NCBI GenBank assembly: GCA_902789225.1
Contig: CADANC010000001.1
Coordinates: forward strand, 201,438-265,437
DNA length: 64,000 nt
Source of the DNA: an uncultured Erysipelotrichaceae bacterium
GTDB taxonomy: Bacteria > Bacillota_I > Bacilli_A > RF39 > UBA660
Direction: 5' to 3'
A program made the translations under genes and the position numbers. Every line of letters starts with the position of its first letter. The stretch's first letter is position 1. Shown in pieces: positions 35,901 to 45,991 of this stretch. The notes under the pieces are model-generated. The model did no database searches. It worked only from the letters and a program-made list of their open reading frames with translations, and was not told the origin of the DNA.

Positions 35901-36755
35901 TCATCTTTCCCATCTACAATAAATACCACAAGGTAAAACTAAATCATTACTACTACATTTCAAGCCTATCTCTGAAGAAGATACATTTCCACCAAATTTA
36001 TTACATATATTCATTTTAACTACATTACTAATAACCTCATGAGATAGCCCACTATAAGAATTGACTAAAAGATGCGAATCTCCCTCGACCAGTAATTCTG
36101 AACATAAAGAAATTAATTCTGATAAATTTTTCTCTAATGACCAAACTTCCCCGTTAGATCCTCTTCCATAACTAGGAGGATCCATAATAATCATATTATA
36201 CTTATGCTCTCTTCTAATTTCTCTTTTTACAAATTTTATAACATCATCAACTATATATCTTACTTTTGTAGTATCGCAATTAGAATCTATAACATTTTCT
36301 TTTGCCCAATCAACCATACCTCTACTAGAATCTACATGAACTACATTTGCCCCAGCTTTTAAACAAGCTACTGTAGCAGCTCCAGTATAAGCAAATAAAT
36401 TTAATACATTGTCACCTTCTTTAACAACACTTCTAAGGTAATCCCAATTAACAGCTTGTTCTGGAAATAAACCTGTATGCTTAAATCCCATTTGCTTAAT
36501 ATTAAAAGTATAATCTTTATAATTAATTTTCCAGTGTGCAGGCACAGATTTTAAATTTTTCCATCTACCTCCACCTTTATCACTTCTATAGTATATAGCA
36601 TCTATTTTGCCTTTATATTTTTCCATTAGATCACCATTATCCCATATAACTACTGGATCTGGTCTTAATAAAAACACATTACCCCATCTCTCATATTTAT
36701 ATCCTAATGAAGCATCTATTAATTCATAATCTTTCCAATCATTTGAATAAATCAT
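35901..36755 (-). CDS. Class I SAM-dependent (rRNA) methyltransferase, RlmI-C-terminal-like
   Basis: Has NLFAYTGAATVA...VHVDSS...IIMDPPSYGRG. Confidence 0.65.
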   Translation of the reverse strand: MIYSNDWKDYELIDASLGYKYERWGNVFLLRPDPVVIWDNGDLMEKYKGKIDAIYYRSDKGGGRWKNLKSVPAHWKINYKDYTFNIKQMGFKHTGLFPEQAVNWDYLRSVVKEGDNVLNLFAYTGAATVACLKAGANVVHVDSSRGMVDWAKENVIDSNCDTTKVRYIVDDVIKFVKREIRREHKYNMIIMDPPSYGRGSNGEVWSLEKNLSELISLCSELLVEGDSHLLVNSYSGLSHEVISNVVKMNICNKFGGNVSSSEIGLKCSSNDLVLPCGIYCRWER

Positions 36756-36781
36756 AATACCTCCTGCATAAAAAAGGAATC

Positions 36782-37627
36782 TTAAGATCCCACTGTAAAC
36801 ATTCTACCATAACTTGTGAATAAAATCTTCCCATTATATAACACAATTTTATCTAAATTTTCAGTTAATGTAGTATCAACTGCTATTTCATATTCACAAG
36901 GTACATCAACATATTTAGAACATTCTTCTTCATTTCCAATCAAATTTCTATAAATTGATGTAGGTGTTCTAAAGAAAGTAGCTGTAGAATCACCTGCATA
37001 GAAAAAGTCTATAATCTTTCCATCATAAGAATTTGAAGTAAATTGTACATTATCACTTTTAACAAAATACTGTTTAGTATCTTTATCTTGAGTTAAAACA
37101 TAATTGTATATTGAACCATCTTCTTTTAAAACATAATAACTATTTATATTAGCATTAACTGTAACTGCTTTTTTTACATCACCAGTAAAAAACAAAGATA
37201 ACAATTGATAATTCTCATCTTCTTGAGGCATTTCACTAAATTGTTCAACTACACCTCCATCATCAGCATTTAAATAATAATATTTACCATCTTCTCCTAA
37301 AATAAATTTATCATCTAAAACAGCCTTAGTTGGAATAGTAGCAACTTTCTTGCAATTCATATCATTGGAAAATAACTGATCATAAGATAATTGATAAATA
37401 TTTCCACTAACACCAATAGCATAATTTCCAACTAAAAATTTAACATCTTCAGATGTATTGTCTTCTTCATCATCTACTTTTCCATCTAAATTAAGTAAAC
37501 TACACTTAAATTTATTATCTTTTACAGAAAAACCATCATTTCTTAACGCTCTAGTAACAGTTCCATTACATCCAGTTAAAACTAAAGCAAACATCATAAT
37601 ACTAATTAAAACAAACACTTTTTTCAT
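36782..37627 (-). CDS. Lipoprotein, hypothetical
   Basis: Lipobox LTGCNG. 281 aa. Confidence 0.55.
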   Translation of the reverse strand: MKKVFVLISIMMFALVLTGCNGTVTRALRNDGFSVKDNKFKCSLLNLDGKVDDEEDNTSEDVKFLVGNYAIGVSGNIYQLSYDQLFSNDMNCKKVATIPTKAVLDDKFILGEDGKYYYLNADDGGVVEQFSEMPQEDENYQLLSLFFTGDVKKAVTVNANINSYYVLKEDGSIYNYVLTQDKDTKQYFVKSDNVQFTSNSYDGKIIDFFYAGDSTATFFRTPTSIYRNLIGNEEECSKYVDVPCEYEIAVDTTLTENLDKIVLYNGKILFTSYGRMFTVGS

Positions 37628-37701
37628 AATAATACTAACCTACCTTAAATAAAATATATCATAAATTCAAAACAAATTAAACTATTCAAACAAAAAAATC
37701 A

Positions 37702-38271
37702 CTATTGAGTGACTTTAATAGTATTCTTTATAAAATTATAATCTTTACTTAATTGTAAAATCTCTTTTTCTTTAAATTCATCTTTATTTAAATCTATATT
37801 AATTGATTTACTATTATTCTTAATTCTTAATCTATATTTAAATGTCTCATAAATAGAAATTTCTTTATCAATAAGTGAAACTATCATTCCAGCATAACTT
37901 TTAGGAATAGCTTTAGTTACAGGAAACATATGAGTTCTAATAATATCTTCTTGTTCTTCATTAATATTAAAATACATTTTAGAATTTACTACAGACATCA
38001 TAGGATGAGTTCTCAACTTAAATAATTGTTCATTTGAACCAAAATCTTTATTAAAAAAGAAATCATGCAACAAAGAGGCTCTAGTTACTTCAACTACATC
38101 CATATTATGTTTAATTGCATATTTATAAGTTTTAATAGCAACTCTTAAAGAATGATCATATCTGTTTGAACCATGATGTTTTTCAAAACGAAGTTTCAAA
38201 AACATAGGATGACTAACTATATCACCAACAATTCCTAAAAAGTTGTATAAATCATTATATTGTAAATTCAA
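37702..38271 (-). CDS. HD-domain phosphohydrolase (paralog of 5260-5769)
   Basis: Has H.SLRVA...LLHDFFF...HMFP. Confidence 0.55.
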   Translation of the reverse strand: MNLQYNDLYNFLGIVGDIVSHPMFLKLRFEKHHGSNRYDHSLRVAIKTYKYAIKHNMDVVEVTRASLLHDFFFNKDFGSNEQLFKLRTHPMMSVVNSKMYFNINEEQEDIIRTHMFPVTKAIPKSYAGMIVSLIDKEISIYETFKYRLRIKNNSKSINIDLNKDEFKEKEILQLSKDYNFIKNTIKVTQ

Positions 38272-38338
38272 AATAACACCTCAAAGATATACTAACATAT
38301 TAAATGTAAATAAAAAAGATTATTTAGTAAACAGAATG

Positions 38339-38662
38339 TCAATTAAAATAATCTTTCTTTCCTAACTTTTTAAGTCTTTGTTTTACCAAAAAAACTAAAT
38401 CCATAGGAGCTTCCATTAATTGTAATACTAATAAAGCATCTTGTAATTTTACTCTATCCGTATAGTTATTCTTAATATTTTCTCTATCTTTTTCAAAATC
38501 AAAATTATCAATTGGATTTGTATTTATATAGTCATCTATATATTTATTAATATCTGATAACATATACTCTTTAATAGGATATTCATCTATCATTGAAACG
38601 CCATAATATCCAGCTACTAAATATCTATATGTATTTATTTGTTCTTCCATAGATATCACCAA
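38339..38662 (-). CDS. Small hypothetical protein
   Basis: 107 aa with no signal peptide. Confidence 0.4.
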   Translation of the reverse strand: MVISMEEQINTYRYLVAGYYGVSMIDEYPIKEYMLSDINKYIDDYINTNPIDNFDFEKDRENIKNNYTDRVKLQDALLVLQLMEAPMDLVFLVKQRLKKLGKKDYFN

Positions 38663-38686
38663 AAAAAGTATATCATAAAAAAGAAG

Positions 38687-38905
38687 TTAATTCGCATTAA
38701 CTTCATTTAATAAACTATCTAACATTGTAGTAGAAGCTTTTTCACTAAATATTGAGCTAGTATCAATATTATATTTATTAAATATACTTATTACACCAGA
38801 AATATAATTTGCTATATAAACAGATGCTGTTTCGTCTATATAAAATTCATCAAAATCATATTTACTAAGAATTTTATTAATATTAGCTAAATATTCCATA
38901 GACAT
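38687..38905 (-). CDS. Small hypothetical protein
   Basis: 72 aa. Confidence 0.4.
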   Translation of the reverse strand: MSMEYLANINKILSKYDFDEFYIDETASVYIANYISGVISIFNKYNIDTSSIFSEKASTTMLDSLLNEVNAN

Positions 38906-38918
38906 TCTCCTACTCTAA

Positions 38919-39521
38919 CTATATTATATCATCCTCATTATCTACTTTATCAACCATTTTTGTATTTTTATCTGTATAGTTTTTGATTTTCTTTACACTA
39001 GTTTTCTCTTCTTTAAAAACAATTACAAATTGAACTAACTCATACAAGAAAACTATAAATATAGGTAAAATAACTAAAAATAAGAATCCAATTCTACTTT
39101 CTAATAAATCTACTAAATAACCCAAAGTCCCTATTTTTAAATAACTTTTTCCAATAATCTTTTTACTATTTAATTTTACTTGAACAACTTCATTATTTTC
39201 ATTAACACCATCAACAATATATTTTCCATCTTCTATGTTTACTATTCTATCTGAAACAACTATATATTTTTGATCTCTAATATCATAATAAAACACTTCA
39301 TCATCAACTTTAAAACTACTAGAATCTTTTATTAACAATAATGATCCATTAGAAATATTTTCAAAGTCATTCACATTAACATCATTAACAGTTACAACAG
39401 TCATAGATCCAAATTGAGTATACCCATAACCATTTCTAAACAATATACAAGCAGTAACAAAAACAACATAACATATTATAATTACTTCCAGTATATGCCA
39501 TAATACTTTAACTACTTTCAT
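38919..39521 (-). CDS. Degenerate SipW-like signal peptidase paralog (catalytic His and TKGD motif lost), C-terminal TM
   Basis: N-terminal TM helix followed by FGSMTVVT, which aligns to the SGSM box. Where the active neighbor has THRV and TKGDVN, this copy has SDRIV and DGVNEN. Confidence 0.4.
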   Translation of the reverse strand: MKVVKVLWHILEVIIICYVVFVTACILFRNGYGYTQFGSMTVVTVNDVNVNDFENISNGSLLLIKDSSSFKVDDEVFYYDIRDQKYIVVSDRIVNIEDGKYIVDGVNENNEVVQVKLNSKKIIGKSYLKIGTLGYLVDLLESRIGFLFLVILPIFIVFLYELVQFVIVFKEEKTSVKKIKNYTDKNTKMVDKVDNEDDII

Positions 39522-39529
39522 GATATCAC

Positions 39530-40789
39530 CTACTCATTAATGTAATTTTTTATTTTAACAAGACGCTTAATTTTGTCAAGTTCAAAAACATTATTATTAT
39601 CATATTTTTTAGAAACCTTCTCAATAAAAGTAATTAAACTTTTTATTTGTTTCAAAGAATAATTATTATCAACTACTCTAAAATTATTATTTTTATCTAT
39701 TAACACTTTATATTTCATAATCTTAAATATAGCATCAAATATAGCATCATCATTATATAGAACAGCCATAAATAATACTTTAGCAAATACATATATAGGC
39801 ATCTCATATAAAAGATTTCTTACATTCTCATATAAACCTATCTTATCTAAATCATAATCATATATTTCTCTAAAAGAAGGATGTTCTATTAATTCAACTA
39901 AACTATAAGTATCTTTATATTCTAAAACATTACATAATTTATAAACATATTGATATTTATTCAACCATTTCTTATTAATTTTAGATGTATCGATAGAACT
40001 ATTTTTTATTTTTAATAAACTATTCATCAAATCTAAGAATTCTTCTTCTTTTTCTTCTTGATTCATATTAACAGTAATTAATTTATCTTCATCTAAATCA
40101 AGTATTTCTTCTTCACCTAATATTTCTATTTCTTCTTTATCAACGATCTTCTTTATATTTTCAATCTCTTCTAAAGGAATATTAACAGTTAATCCTAAAC
40201 TAGTTGGATCTTTTCTATCTTTTGGACTAGAAAAAATATCTTCTGGTAATACATCTCTTTCCTCAAGTAATCTATCTTCAGCATCACTCATTTTCTTAAC
40301 TAGCTTTTTAAAACTAAATAATATCAACAAAATAAATATAATTATAGCAAAACAAACAAATTGAATTAAAGCTGTAGGATTAATAATATTAACAACTTTT
40401 CCAATTACTCTTTTTTTACTAATAGGATCATCTTTTTCTGGATTAACGTCACCTTTAGTAATAACACTATCTCCATCTATAGAAACAACTCTATGCGTGA
40501 TAGTTAATCCATCACTATTCTTATATGTAATAATATCATCAACTTTATATTTAGAATCAACTTTAACAACTATGAAATCATTTACTTCAATAGTTCCATG
40601 CATTGAACCACTTTCAGTAATAAAAAAAGTATATCCAAAGAAATTAACATAATCTTTTTTCAAAATATTAAGCACAAAAAAACTATATACTAAAAGTATA
40701 ATAATCATTGTAATTATAAAATAAACTAATCCTTTAGAAATCTTTTTTACAATATTCATCACACTAGTCATTCCTTCTATTATAGTCAT
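39530..40789 (-). CDS. sipW: SipW/Sec11-type (ER/archaeal-type) signal peptidase I with an ~270-aa C-terminal extension
   Basis: Has ESGSMHGTI (the Ser box), ITHRVV (catalytic His) and TKGDVN. It is 419 aa against about 190 for canonical SipW, with a second TM helix and an acidic coiled region downstream. Confidence 0.65.
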   Translation of the reverse strand: MTIIEGMTSVMNIVKKISKGLVYFIITMIIILLVYSFFVLNILKKDYVNFFGYTFFITESGSMHGTIEVNDFIVVKVDSKYKVDDIITYKNSDGLTITHRVVSIDGDSVITKGDVNPEKDDPISKKRVIGKVVNIINPTALIQFVCFAIIIFILLILFSFKKLVKKMSDAEDRLLEERDVLPEDIFSSPKDRKDPTSLGLTVNIPLEEIENIKKIVDKEEIEILGEEEILDLDEDKLITVNMNQEEKEEEFLDLMNSLLKIKNSSIDTSKINKKWLNKYQYVYKLCNVLEYKDTYSLVELIEHPSFREIYDYDLDKIGLYENVRNLLYEMPIYVFAKVLFMAVLYNDDAIFDAIFKIMKYKVLIDKNNNFRVVDNNYSLKQIKSLITFIEKVSKKYDNNNVFELDKIKRLVKIKNYINE

Positions 40790-41221
40790 TATATCATATT
40801 AGTTTTTTAATAAGAAACATTAATTCAATAAAAAACAAAAATTAACACTTTACGTAAACTATTTTTTTAAAATTAGATAATATTGACAAAAAATATAAAC
40901 TATATTAAATTATAATTGTATTTTGATTAAAAGACGTCGCAACTATAAAAATAGTTGAAGTATGGGAAATGTGAAAAAACATTTTTAAACAATAACTTAC
41001 TATAGTCAAAATACTGTAACCGTGAAAGAGAAAGAAAACTCTAATGATAAGCTAGAATAAATATTTGTACTGATAATACAAATACAAAATCTAAGTAATT
41101 TAAACTCGGTTTTATAAGCGTTGAATGATATTACTAATTGAATTAAAATAATTTTACCCGTTTAGTATTATTAGTTTAAAGAGATTTTTAATATTATGAT
41201 GTAGCTCATAAAATTTTAGAA

Positions 41222-41250
41222 AAGAATGTTGCTGAAACATTCTTTTTTTT
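41222..41250 (+). terminator. Intrinsic terminator ending an ORF-less ~490-nt region, directly followed by an extended -10 promoter (TGTATAAT)
   Basis: gaatgttgc-tgaa-acattc followed by a T8 run, then tgtataatt just upstream of the 41284 ORF. Confidence 0.45.
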
Positions 41251-41283
41251 GTATAATTACTTTGAAAGATAAGAGGTATTTAT

Positions 41284-41946
41284 ATGAAAATAAATAATTT
41301 AAAATGTCCAAATTGTAGTAGTAGTCTTAATGTAGACGTTGAAGATACTAATAATTTAAAATGTGAATATTGTGGCTCTACTTTAAAATATGTTCCTGAT
41401 AAAGAAGAATTAGAACTAATTAGAGCACAAGCATTAAAAGCTGAAAGTAATGCAAAAGAAATGAATGCTAAAACTATTAACGATGTTGTTAATAATATAG
41501 CAAAACCATTAGCTAAATCATATATAGCATTAAAAATTGTTGGATTAGTATTAGTTGTTATAATCTTTGCAGTTATAGCAGGATTAATAATTACACAATT
41601 CAATGGTACAAAAGTAAGTAGCGGAAATGGAATAAATCAAACTGATGGACAAAACAAAGTAGAAGAATATTATAACAAAGCTAAAAAAGATTCATTTAAT
41701 AATAGATTCAATAAAGGAGAAACTCCAGGAACATTTATAAAAGATGATTTAGATGACATAATTGATTACTTAAATCAAGATACATATAAAGTATCAGTTA
41801 CATATAAAGATATAACTGAATCAACTAATATAGACGAAATAAAAACAATAAGAAAATCTCTTGATGATTATAAAGAGTATGATGTTACACTAAAATATGA
41901 TGATAAAGGTTTTGTAAATCAATATATAATAGAAGATTTATCATAA
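41284..41946 (+). CDS. Zinc-ribbon plus single-TM protein, hypothetical
   Basis: N-terminal CPNCSS...CEYCG motif and a central TM helix. Confidence 0.55.
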   Translation: MKINNLKCPNCSSSLNVDVEDTNNLKCEYCGSTLKYVPDKEELELIRAQALKAESNAKEMNAKTINDVVNNIAKPLAKSYIALKIVGLVLVVIIFAVIAGLIITQFNGTKVSSGNGINQTDGQNKVEEYYNKAKKDSFNNRFNKGETPGTFIKDDLDDIIDYLNQDTYKVSVTYKDITESTNIDEIKTIRKSLDDYKEYDVTLKYDDKGFVNQYIIEDLS

Positions 41947-42419
41947 GATAGATCTTTTTTTATGAAAAAAAGTCACAAAAAAAATAGCCCTTATGAGAAG
42001 ACTATTTCAAAAAGTATACTACACTTTTGTCAGTATAAATTAATCTGATAATTTAATTTATACCCGGTTCAATGGGAGTTAATCATTACTCAAATCAGAT
42101 TAACCACTCACTATATCATATTTTCCTTTATTTGTAACTCCTAGTATATACCCCGATAAGATTAATTTATTACTCACACTTAACAAGTATAATATAAAAC
42201 GATTATCACTTATTATTTCATAAAATAGTTAAAGTAAATACTAAATATCTACAATAAATAAATTACGTAGTAAGTATAAATTAATTAATAAAATATATAC
42301 TAACAATTACATTAAAACATAAAAGCAGTAAAAGGTCAATAGCATAAATAATTTTACATTTTACTTTACAAAAAAAAGAAAAAAAGTAATTTTTTTCTTT
42401 TTTATCGCAATTATAATGA

Positions 42420-44456
42420 TTATTCTAGTTCTTCATCAATTAATATTTCTCCAGAATCCCCTCTATTTTGACAATAACCATTTTTAATTTCAACATACAT
42501 TATATTGTCATATATAAAGTTAATTAATTCTATAATTTTTTCTGGATTATTATCTAAATTTAAAATATCAACATAAGAACTTGCTCCTCCAGAACTTAAT
42601 TTTTGAAATTCACTCTCTAGTTTTAATTTTTCAAAAATATCAGTTTCTTCAAAACTAGGAATATGATAACTATTAGTAATAAAATCTCTATCTGTAATTC
42701 CTTTTATCTTTCCAAACTTTTCTCTTAAACATTTAGCAAATCTATATGATACTGAATTTGAAGTTGTTCCAAAAACAACATAATCTATATCTTCTTCATT
42801 ACCCCATTTAGCACATGCTTCGTTTAAATAATTCAAAACCTTTATAGCAAAATCATATCCTTCACTTTTGTCAGTATAAGAATGTCCTGTCATATATTTA
42901 ACACATTCATATAATCCCATATATCCTAAAGAAATTGTTGAATATCCATGATGTAGTAATTCATGAATAGATTCTTGCTTTCCTAATCTAGCTAATGCTC
43001 CATGTTGCCACAATATAGGAGCAACATCACTTGTTACTTTAGATAAACGTTTATGTCTAATTTGTAGAGCTTTATGACATAATTCTAGTCTATCATCAAA
43101 TATCTTCCAAAACTCATCCACATCTTTATTTGAAGAAAGAGCAATATCAGGCAAACTAATAGTAACTACACCTTGATTAAATCTACCATAATATTTACCT
43201 CTATTATCAACATAATTTTTAGACTTAGAAATATTTCCTAATGAAATTGATCTATCAGGTGTTAAGAAAGATCTACACCCCATACAAGGATAACAATCTC
43301 CTTCTCCCAATTCATTTTTCTTTAACTCTAACATCACTTTTTCAGAAATAAAATCAGGCATCATTCTTTTAATACTACATTCACAAGCTAATTTAGTTAA
43401 ATAATAATATTTTCCTTTAGGATTAATATTATCTTTTTCAAGAACATATATTAACTTTGGATATGCAGGAGATATATAAATACCATCCTCATTTTTCATA
43501 CCAACAATCTTCTGATTAAAGAACTCTTCAATTATCATAGCAAGTTCTTCTTTATATTCATCAGTTTCTCCTAAATACATACATACTGATAATAAAGGAG
43601 ACTGTCCATTAGTATTAGTCATTGAATTAATTTGATATAAAAATGTTTGTACTCCATCAACTATTTCTTTATGTAAATCTTCTTCTACAAATTTATTAAT
43701 TTGTTCTTTAGTTAACTTACGTTCTTTATAAAGATTTTCATACTTTTCTTTACTACTTCTAACAAAAGGTGCTAAATGAGTCAATGTAATTGTTGCACCA
43801 CCATATTGTGAAGAAGTAACTGAAGTAATTATCTGAGTAGCAATAGTCATAGCAGTTAAAAACTTATGAGGTTTTTCTATCATTACTCCATTTATATTAG
43901 TACCATTTTGTAACATATCATCTAAATTAATTAAATCACAATTATGAAGTGCATTCTGAGCAAAATAATCAGCATCATGAAAATGAATCATCCCATCATC
44001 ATGAGCTTGAACAATATCTTCAGTTAATAAAAATCTTCTAGTAATATCAGTACTTGTAATACCAGCTAAATAATCTCTTTGTGTAGTAACAGCTTTAGCA
44101 TTTTTACTTGAATTTTCATTATTCCAATATTCATTTTTTCCATCAATTAACTCTTTAATAGATCTATCAGTAGTATTACTTCTTCTAACTAATTCTCTAG
44201 TATAACGATAAGTAATATATTGTTTAGCAAGATTATATTTTCCTAAAGCCATCAAACGTATTTCTATAATGTCTTGAATATCTTCAACAAGCATCCTCTT
44301 CTTATGAAGACCTTCTATATATTTAATAATATTCTTAATTTGAATATCAGTAACTTGATCTTCTTCAACTACTTCTGCATTAGCCTTAGAGATAGCAGAT
44401 TCAATTTTCTCAGGACAATAATCAACAATATGTCCATCTCTCTTAACAATTTTCAT
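42420..44456 (-). CDS. nrdD: Anaerobic ribonucleoside-triphosphate reductase (class III)
   Basis: N-terminal ATP-cone (MKIVKRDGHIV...). 678 aa. It has a Cys cluster CYPCMGC and a C-terminal GY-containing tail. Confidence 0.8.
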   Translation of the reverse strand: MKIVKRDGHIVDYCPEKIESAISKANAEVVEEDQVTDIQIKNIIKYIEGLHKKRMLVEDIQDIIEIRLMALGKYNLAKQYITYRYTRELVRRSNTTDRSIKELIDGKNEYWNNENSSKNAKAVTTQRDYLAGITSTDITRRFLLTEDIVQAHDDGMIHFHDADYFAQNALHNCDLINLDDMLQNGTNINGVMIEKPHKFLTAMTIATQIITSVTSSQYGGATITLTHLAPFVRSSKEKYENLYKERKLTKEQINKFVEEDLHKEIVDGVQTFLYQINSMTNTNGQSPLLSVCMYLGETDEYKEELAMIIEEFFNQKIVGMKNEDGIYISPAYPKLIYVLEKDNINPKGKYYYLTKLACECSIKRMMPDFISEKVMLELKKNELGEGDCYPCMGCRSFLTPDRSISLGNISKSKNYVDNRGKYYGRFNQGVVTISLPDIALSSNKDVDEFWKIFDDRLELCHKALQIRHKRLSKVTSDVAPILWQHGALARLGKQESIHELLHHGYSTISLGYMGLYECVKYMTGHSYTDKSEGYDFAIKVLNYLNEACAKWGNEEDIDYVVFGTTSNSVSYRFAKCLREKFGKIKGITDRDFITNSYHIPSFEETDIFEKLKLESEFQKLSSGGASSYVDILNLDNNPEKIIELINFIYDNIMYVEIKNGYCQNRGDSGEILIDEELE

Positions 44457-44559
44457 ACTATCCTCCTTATATCACTAAATTAAATATATCATTAAAACAC
44501 CAAATAACAATGTTGCCGTTGCAACATTACATGTATTTTGATAAAATTTTTTTAAGGAG

Positions 44560-45231
44560 ATGATTTTAATGACTAATCCATTTGAAGATATATCAAAAAA
44601 AAATATAAAAAAGTTATTATGGTTATTAGAATCAAAAGAAGAAACCTTTACAAAAGGAATGTCAATAATTAATTATTATAAAAATACTAATATTGTTGGT
44701 GTAATTATCTCCGGAGCAGTTCAAGTAGTAAGAACAAACTCTCAAGGAGTATATAATATAATAGAAGAATTAAAAGAAGATGAAGTATTCACTACAGGAA
44801 TACATATATATAGTAATGAAATAAACATAATAGCTATAGAAGATACAAAAGTAGTAATAATAGACTATGATTATATAATTAGTAATATAAACAATGAGAA
44901 ACAATACTTTAATAAATTCATTAAGAATATGTTTCAAATATATAATGAAAAATTAATAGAAAAAAATGAAAGATTAGAAATATTATCAAAAAAATCAATT
45001 AGAAATAAGTTATTAACATATTTTGAAATTCAATATAATAAAAAAGGATCTAAATATATATATTTACCTTTTAATTTTAAAGATTTAGCAGAATATTTAT
45101 CTATAGATAGAGCAGCTATGTCAAGAGAAATAAAATATTTAAAAGAAGAAGGATTTATAGAAACAAAAAGTAAAAGAATTACTCTACTTTATAAACAAAA
45201 ATCTATAAATATAAACAATCAAATAATATAA
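44560..45231 (+). CDS. Crp/Fnr-family transcriptional regulator
   Basis: cNMP-binding-like beta-roll and a C-terminal HTH (LAEYLSIDRAAMSREIKYLKEEGFI). It is divergent from nrdD. Confidence 0.75.
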   Translation: MILMTNPFEDISKKNIKKLLWLLESKEETFTKGMSIINYYKNTNIVGVIISGAVQVVRTNSQGVYNIIEELKEDEVFTTGIHIYSNEINIIAIEDTKVVIIDYDYIISNINNEKQYFNKFIKNMFQIYNEKLIEKNERLEILSKKSIRNKLLTYFEIQYNKKGSKYIYLPFNFKDLAEYLSIDRAAMSREIKYLKEEGFIETKSKRITLLYKQKSININNQII

Positions 45232-45245
45232 AAAAAAAGAAATTA

Positions 45246-45866
45246 TTAACCTAATTTCTTTTTTTGTTTATTTTTTTTCTTAAGATTATTTAATACATTA
45301 TTAAGCACTTCTTTAGAAGAAGCATTTCTATTTCTTAATCTATAATTAATTATATCTTCACCAACATTAGCTAAATATGGATAATTTGCGTATTCATCTC
45401 TAAATTCTAAGTTGTGATATAATCCATGTTTACTGTTATGATCTAGTATAATAACTTTATTATCATTACAATTACTACAAAAATCCGCCATATTAAATCC
45501 AGAAGGACTTTCATATATTGCATTTGCATGAGTAGTAGTAGTAATAATATCATATGATCTTCTAGTTATTTTATCATATATATTATCAACAAAAGTATAA
45601 TTATCATGTTCCTTATACTCCAATAAATCAATCATAAAAGGAACAAAATCTTCTTTATCAAATTCACTATAATCGTTTCCAGTTTGATATATAGAATCAA
45701 TTTGTACTACATAATACTCTAACCTTCTTAAAGCATCCTTTCTACCAGAAAAATTAAAAATACTATAACCTTTGTATTCAGAAGTAATTTCTCTAGCATA
45801 TTTTTTACATAATCTTAATTCACTTCTAAGGTCACTAATCGACGACCCGTATGTATCCTCAGACAT
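45246..45866 (-). CDS. Hypothetical protein
   Basis: 206-aa ORF. Confidence 0.45.
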   Translation of the reverse strand: MSEDTYGSSISDLRSELRLCKKYAREITSEYKGYSIFNFSGRKDALRRLEYYVVQIDSIYQTGNDYSEFDKEDFVPFMIDLLEYKEHDNYTFVDNIYDKITRRSYDIITTTTHANAIYESPSGFNMADFCSNCNDNKVIILDHNSKHGLYHNLEFRDEYANYPYLANVGEDIINYRLRNRNASSKEVLNNVLNNLKKKNKQKKKLG

Positions 45867-45991
45867 AATCTAATTAATCTACCTCTTTCCTTGAAAATAC
45901 GAATAGATTATACTCTTTTTATAATTAATTGTCAATCTCATGCCAATTGACAAAACTATTTATAAAAAAAACAATAAAAATATTTATTGTT

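Noticed and set aside
5260-38271. Two paralogous HD-domain genes (5260-5769 and 37702-38271) as a possible mobile or duplicated system.
   Set aside because: They are 32 kb apart and moderately diverged, each in a housekeeping context. They are most simply ancient paralogs.
41280-41603. 107-aa minus-strand ORF overlapping the start of 41284-41946.
   Set aside because: The plus-strand gene has a promoter, an SD and Zn-ribbon motifs. The minus-strand frame has none of these.
44274-44483. Plus-strand ORF overlapping the nrdD N-terminus; also 45929-46111 and 47181-47513.
   Set aside because: These are shadow frames with low-complexity Ile/Asn/Phe-rich products.
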